DNA from: a virus
Taxonomy: Duplodnaviria > Caudoviricetes
IMG/VR virus record: IMGVR_UViG_3300037423_001127
Span: 1-40,932 of that record
Length of the DNA: 40,932 nt
Strand: one strand, 5' to 3'
Shown here: one piece after another, positions 36,237 to 40,932 of the stretch
How positions within the stretch are numbered: the first letter of the stretch is position 1
Layout: each line of letters starts with the position of its first letter
Translations under genes and position numbers: made by a program
The notes under the pieces: generated by a model
The model's database searches: none
Seen by the model: the letters and a program-made list of their open reading frames with translations, nothing else
Told to the model about the DNA's origin: nothing

Positions 36237-36452
36237 TTAAACAGTTAAATAACGACGAGGCGAACCTGGCTCTTGTTCGTCAATCAAAGCTTGTAAATGT
36301 TCTTCGTTCTTTCGCATGATACGTTTGTATACGCAGTATGTGATTAGTGCGACAAGTAAGCTTCCGCTTAAGAAGAATAGCCAGTTAAAAGAGGAATCCA
36401 TCGAATTTGATTGTACGTGCATAGTGTTGTTGTAGTGATTGTTAAATAGCAT
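36237..36452 (-). CDS. Single-pass membrane protein with eukaryote-like features
   Basis: AGGAG SD; Asn-rich N-terminus, one TM helix, YCVYKR, C-terminal LTV. Confidence 0.65.
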   Translation of the reverse strand: MLFNNHYNNTMHVQSNSMDSSFNWLFFLSGSLLVALITYCVYKRIMRKNEEHLQALIDEQEPGSPRRYLTV

Positions 36453-36932
36453 TATATGTCTCCTATTTAGTTTTTAAAAAATTAGTAATAAAATTATGAT
36501 TGTTAGCATGGTTTAACTCTCCCGCATAATACGCATGATTTCCATGATGAGGCCTCTGTAGTTTCTTTCATATATAAATGTTTTCCAGGATAGCACCTTA
36601 TTATTGTTAATAGTTTTGGGTATCGTTTTATTTCTTGTTTCATTTTAATTTACTCCTAAGTTTTAAAGCTCGTTATTTCTTCGGATAGGGAAAGGTTATT
36701 TCTTTTTCCATTCGCAATAAGCCAAGTATTGAGACATATATTCTAATTGTTCTAATAGGCTGTATTTTTTTAATAGAGATATGAGCATGTCCATGCCTGC
36801 TTTAATTCCTGATTCTTCGGCTATCAAAACTGCTCTTTTAACTGTTATGTGGTTATGTACGGCTTTCATTTTTCGATCTCCTATCTGTTAATCACTATCT
36901 ACTGTAGTCATGTTAACATATTTGTTTGTATT

Positions 36933-36949
36933 GTCAAACATATTTTTAC
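36933..36949. promoter_or_regulatory. Palindromic operator copy 5, overlapping the -35 of a leftward promoter
   Basis: GTCAAA-CATAT-TTTTAC; minus strand TTGACA-N16-TAACAT with TG extension. Confidence 0.65.
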
Positions 36950-36969
36950 AACTAATTTAAAATATTTTA

Positions 36970-36997
36970 TTGCTTATTTGATGTACAGTGGTATAAT
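36970..36997 (+). promoter_or_regulatory. Rightward extended -10 promoter
   Basis: TTGCTT-N16 with TG-G-TATAAT. Confidence 0.6.
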
Positions 36998-37231
36998 TGA
37001 TTTGTTCCCGCTCTGACTTTGTTATCGGGCTTGTAACACCCGCCACGCCTCTCTATAGAAGCGCAACTCTGGCGGGTTATTTAATCGCTTGAGTTTCTAT
37101 ATTTAACTGTGTAGGATTCAAGATGCGCCTTGGGTATAGCCTGGGGACTTTAACACGGCCAATCCCTCTGCTCAATCTGCGTAGCTGGGAGAGTATGGGT
37201 TGATTTTCTTTTTTTAACGTAAGGAATTTAT

Positions 37232-37453
37232 ATGCTATTTATTAAGAAAGAAATTGATAAGTTACATTCCGCTTTGATAAAGGCAACCGAAGAGGGAAAT
37301 ACAGCCCTTTATGATAGATTGTATGCTGCTAAATCAGCGTTGCATTGGGCTTTAGAACCTGAATTAGCAAAATCGCCATACTATTATATCCTGGATTTGC
37401 CTACACCTGAACATGAGAAAGCGCCGTTATCTGATATTCAGATAGCTGTATAA
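37232..37453 (+). CDS. Hypothetical protein (paralogue of 39063-39236)
   Basis: IKKEI...ALHWALEP vs IKQEI...ALEWVLDP. Confidence 0.7.
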   Translation: MLFIKKEIDKLHSALIKATEEGNTALYDRLYAAKSALHWALEPELAKSPYYYILDLPTPEHEKAPLSDIQIAV

Positions 37454-37504
37454 CTTACATTAGATTTTTTGACTTCATATAAAAAATCTATAATATAGTA
37501 AAAG

Positions 37505-37603
37505 TGGCGGAGACGGTGGGATTCGAACCCGCGGAACAGTTGCTCAGTGCAACCATTCACCCAAGAGTCAGTTGGGTGTTTTAAGCCTCTCAACCAATCT
37601 TCC
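37505..37603 (-). tRNA. Atypical class II tRNA-like gene: Ser-like body, GAC anticodon, encoded CCA
   Basis: D arm GTT/AAC; anticodon stem CCCAA/TTGGG with loop CTGACTC; 10-bp variable stem; GGTTCGAATCC; G73-CCA; imperfect acceptor stem. Confidence 0.65.
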
Positions 37604-37867
37604 ATAAACAATAACTATCCGTCATTCCAATACCTACAAAGCGGAGTTTTTTGAGGAAGCCTGTTATTTAAAACAGGCTTCAATACAAATAATAGAATTG
37701 CATATACAGAATGTCATATGTTATGGCATCAGATACCGTCGGAATGGCGCAATTAGTACCCAATCCTAAGGTTGATGCCATAGCTCCTTTCTCGCCTATT
37801 ATTGATTATTTATTGATCTGGTGATAATATGTACAGTATTTAATCAATTAATCGTAAATTAATCCTG

Positions 37868-38335
37868 ATGACTAAGTTTTTACCAGGCAACAACCATAAC
37901 CCTTCTGGAAGGCCTAAAGGAGCCCGTGGCAAGCTTAAAATGCTTCAGGAGCAGGTAGATAGTGGGTCAAAAGAAATCATCGCTAAGTGCATGGAAATGG
38001 CTATGAAAGGTGACAATAAGGCGATGACAATTATTATTGATAGAATATTGCCGAAACGTAAATACTCAACTGACGATTATCTCAAAGTTCCTCTCCCTGA
38101 TATTAAAACAGATACTCCCGATGGCATACAAAAAATGATTGAATGTCTAATGTCGCAAGGACAATTAGGTATTCGCCCATTGCCACAAGCTGAAATGTTG
38201 ATCAATATGTACAAAAATATGCTTGACACTCGTTTAAAAGTTACACATTATACGACTGATCAAGACAGATTGAGTTATATTGAATCAAAGCTGGGGATTG
38301 AAGATGATAAAATTACAGGTATCACCAAAACTTAA
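37868..38335 (+). CDS. DUF5681-domain protein, probable terminase small subunit
   Basis: FLPGNNHNPSGRPKGA...AMKGD...IDRILP. Confidence 0.7.
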   Translation: MTKFLPGNNHNPSGRPKGARGKLKMLQEQVDSGSKEIIAKCMEMAMKGDNKAMTIIIDRILPKRKYSTDDYLKVPLPDIKTDTPDGIQKMIECLMSQGQLGIRPLPQAEMLINMYKNMLDTRLKVTHYTTDQDRLSYIESKLGIEDDKITGITKT

Positions 38336-38415
38336 ATTGATCGCTTTCTATACAAGCCCTATCCTTCTAGCTTCTATATTAGGTTATTTTTTATACAATA
38401 TGTTTGTGGGGTAAT

Positions 38416-38784
38416 ATGAGCGACAACGAATTAATACAAAAACACTTTAACGCTTTTCGTTATGCGATGGCTCCCATGATGGAAGCCATGTTCAATGATC
38501 TAATGAGTATTGAAAATGATAAGTCAGCTCTTAAAGATGAAGTAATCTCAAAGTTTAGAGCTTGGTTCGATACATACGGGTGCAAGGTTGCTGCTGAGTG
38601 TTTTCTTAAGCATCGTTCCGGCGGACTAGATGATAGTGCAATAAAAGCAATTAAAGATTACTTAGAAGAAAAGAAAGCACAATTACAAATTTACGATAAC
38701 ACAGATATGAATAATCATGATGATAGAGTCGAGATGATTTCTGCAACAATGGAAAAAATATTTAAGAATGAGGTGAACCACTGA
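38416..38784 (+). CDS. Hypothetical protein
   Basis: ORF; GGGG SD before ATG 38416. Confidence 0.65.
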   Translation: MSDNELIQKHFNAFRYAMAPMMEAMFNDLMSIENDKSALKDEVISKFRAWFDTYGCKVAAECFLKHRSGGLDDSAIKAIKDYLEEKKAQLQIYDNTDMNNHDDRVEMISATMEKIFKNEVNH

Positions 38785-39062
38785 TGGATATTTTAATTAG
38801 CGTAATTAGTTTTTTTGGGAGCTGTGCAACGGCGATAACTGTAGTCGGTCTTGGAGTTGCGCTAGGTTGCTTCCTCGATGATCTGCGCACTGGAAGGATT
38901 AATTAATATGAGCTGGTACGCAATATTTTTTGCTTTGCTAATCCTTTTACAAGATTGGAAACGTATTATAAGCATTTTCTTTGTAATAATTTCCTGTGCT
39001 ATTGCAGTGCAATATAACTGTGTTGGTAGTGATGGATTTATTGGATGGATTGGTAGTTTGTA

Positions 39063-39236
39063 ATGAATCATATAAAACAAGAAATAGAGATATTAAGAAC
39101 GATGCTTAAATATTCTAAAGACCAAGAGCAAAAGTTAGAGCTAATTAGCGCAATAGATGCTCTTGAATGGGTATTAGACCCAACAGAATATAACTTGCCA
39201 TCAGTTAAACAGATGGTAGTTTACGTTGATGACTAA
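39063..39236 (+). CDS. Small hypothetical protein (57 aa), paralogue of 37232-37453
   Basis: MNHIKQEIEILR...IDALEWVLDP; not in the ORF track. Confidence 0.6.
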   Translation: MNHIKQEIEILRTMLKYSKDQEQKLELISAIDALEWVLDPTEYNLPSVKQMVVYVDD

Positions 39237-39274
39237 CTCTTATAGTAGTCACTATAAGAATAAGGATATTGATT

Positions 39275-39493
39275 ATGCAAAAATTATTTGATTTGTTACG
39301 AGAAATGAATATTGAGTGTGGCTATCTAAAAGAAAACGAGAATGACTTGATTTTTAACCGCGTTAAAGGCCATAGCATGATTGAAGGAAAAAAGTTAATG
39401 AAAGATAAAAAAACATGCTTAAGGCGATTATCAGCTTTGCTAAAAGAGGCTAATAAAGAGCTTAAAAATATTAAGGATCAGTGTTCACTATAA
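39275..39493 (+). CDS. Hypothetical protein
   Basis: TAAGGA SD. Confidence 0.6.
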   Translation: MQKLFDLLREMNIECGYLKENENDLIFNRVKGHSMIEGKKLMKDKKTCLRRLSALLKEANKELKNIKDQCSL

Positions 39494-39508
39494 GAACTAG
39501 GAGTAATT

Positions 39509-39733
39509 ATGACCGAAAAAGATATTATAATTAACGAAATTGACGAGAGTGTTCTTCAAAAAAACAGTTTTGCAATTAAAGAAATCATAAAAAACTTTAT
39601 GAATTACAAGACTGATAATGCATGTACGCACGTCTTAATCAATTTAATAAATCAAATACAATATTACATGGAAATGAATGATGATACAGCAAAGCTATCA
39701 ATGATGGCTATTAACTCACTATTGAAAGGATAA
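39509..39733 (+). CDS. Hypothetical protein
   Basis: AGGAG SD. Confidence 0.65.
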   Translation: MTEKDIIINEIDESVLQKNSFAIKEIIKNFMNYKTDNACTHVLINLINQIQYYMEMNDDTAKLSMMAINSLLKG

Positions 39734-40018
39734 GACATGAAAAATTTCGTTAACACAATGTTCGCTTTGACTGCAACGGCTTTTCTTATATGTATAGGTG
39801 GAATGCACTTTGCGTCATTTATAGATGACCGCGTTGAAATCAAGATGCGCTCACTAGAAATTTACATGGTAGAGCCAGCATGAGTTTTATTATTGGTTTA
39901 ATCATAGGCGTTGTAATGGCTCATTATATCAACATTAAGGTAGAGAGAAAATGAGTAATTTATTTCTTGGTATTAGCATAATCTTGGATATCTTCGCTAT
40001 TTATTTAATTCTAAGCAG

Positions 40019-40420
40019 GTGCTAATGATAAACTTCTATACTATTGAAACATACCGTGAAAAACTCAAAAAACTTAATAAAAAAGTAGTCAGACAAAAGC
40101 CAAAAATAGTTAGCGATACAATACTCATCACTAAGTATAAGAAAGCTTACATACAGAAAAATATTCTTCCATCAAAAAATATCAACACAAGATATGTAAA
40201 TGTCACAAACGATGGCTATGTAATTACGCTGACTTTTGTTGACGAGCCAACTTATAAAACACGCAAAGCATCAGAAATGGTTGGTAGCCTCGCAGTGCCG
40301 ATCGGCGAAACACTTAATGATCTACAAATTAAGCCTACCAAGTCACACAAGATTAAGTACGAATGGGTAAGTGATACAAGTTTGTCTTTTGATGTTGGGG
40401 GTTTGAGATGTGGTGGTTAG
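40019..40420 (+). CDS. Hypothetical protein
   Basis: ORF; differences from the left-end copy are mostly synonymous. Confidence 0.75.
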   Translation: MLMINFYTIETYREKLKKLNKKVVRQKPKIVSDTILITKYKKAYIQKNILPSKNINTRYVNVTNDGYVITLTFVDEPTYKTRKASEMVGSLAVPIGETLNDLQIKPTKSHKIKYEWVSDTSLSFDVGGLRCGG

Positions 40421-40575
40421 TTTTAACTTTAATTGTAATTGCGATTGTCTGCTTTAATGCTCCTTTGTGGTTGTTATGGATTGCGGCGATTCCTTTTATC
40501 CTTATTGGGTTATTTATAATTTTTTTATTTTTACAACTTAGTTTTGAGTGGTTTTATAATAAATGCAAAGATTAG
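40408..40575 (+). CDS. Very hydrophobic two-TM protein (55 aa), present only in the right-end variant
   Basis: MWWLVLTLIVIAIVCFNAPLWLLWIAAIPFILIGLFIIFLFLQLSFEWFYNKCKD. Confidence 0.6.
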   Translation: MWWLVLTLIVIAIVCFNAPLWLLWIAAIPFILIGLFIIFLFLQLSFEWFYNKCKD

Positions 40576-40844
40576 AAAGCGGTTATAGCGATTTAACATT
40601 ACAAATACCTATCAAAATTTATATAAGAAATATTGGAGATCCTGCCCCTTTTGAGACGGAAATTGATGCTTATTTTAGAAAGCAAGGAACCTATACAGCT
40701 GAATGTAATTTTAATGGAAAGAATTATAGAAATGATGTTCATACATCATTAAATGACATATCTTCTTTTGTTAGAATGAGAATAATTCAGCAATTAAAGA
40801 ATGGTTTATTAGAGCAGATAAAACAAGACACAGGATTAGAATGA
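40563..40844 (+). CDS. Hypothetical protein (variant of 236-505)
   Basis: Conserved N- and C-termini, diverged middle. Confidence 0.8.
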   Translation: MQRLESGYSDLTLQIPIKIYIRNIGDPAPFETEIDAYFRKQGTYTAECNFNGKNYRNDVHTSLNDISSFVRMRIIQQLKNGLLEQIKQDTGLE

Positions 40845-40932
40845 TTATAGAAACTTGGTATTACCTAAAAGAAACCAATGACGTACTCGAAGACATGCTA
40901 ATCCATGAGGTTTTGATGTACAAAGTCGACGG

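Larger units (their letters stand above)
1..40932. mobile_element. Near-complete P22-like podophage genome (about 40,172 bp unit plus a diverged variant end)
   Basis: Complete morphogenesis cluster, recombination operon and holin; no bacterial housekeeping genes; the two ends overlap. Confidence 0.95.
40173..40932 (+). repeat. Right copy of the imperfect terminal duplication
   Basis: See 1-593; this copy carries an extra gene. Confidence 0.95.

Noticed and set aside
37720-37782. Hammerhead ribozyme (CTGATG on the minus strand)
   Set aside because: The core reads CTGATGC rather than CTGATGA and no matching GAAA segment is positioned correctly
1-40932. CRISPR array or stop-codon recoding
   Set aside because: No regularly spaced repeats seen; core genes are full length in the standard code and all three stop codons are used

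Overview
This is an essentially complete, about 40.2 kb, AT-rich dsDNA tailed-phage genome with a P22-like podovirus virion module: TerL, portal, scaffold, coat, head-tail adaptor, tail hub, three ejection proteins and several tail-fibre proteins. It also carries a holin, a CsrA homologue, an SSB / annealing protein / exonuclease recombination operon, a helicase loader-like gene, an Rnl2-type RNA ligase and about 50 small accessory ORFs. The two ends are diverged versions of the same locus: bases 1-127 are exactly repeated at 40173-40299. This fits a circular assembly broken at a strain bubble. I recognise no integrase, CI-type repressor, replication initiator, helicase, polymerase or endolysin. 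The main highlights are: (i) a minus-strand cassette with two non-canonical tRNA-like RNAs followed by a DUF551 protein ending in a DinJ/RelB antitoxin-like tail, near an RNA ligase; (ii) a 477-aa protein that appears built from about five tandem Tad2/DUF2829-like domains with internal start sites; (iii) a third, Ser-bodied tRNA-like RNA with a GAC anticodon; (iv) a host-type parS site without ParAB; (v) a five-copy palindromic operator; (vi) two small proteins that look like eukaryotic single-pass membrane proteins. All family assignments come from motif recognition by eye, not from database searches.
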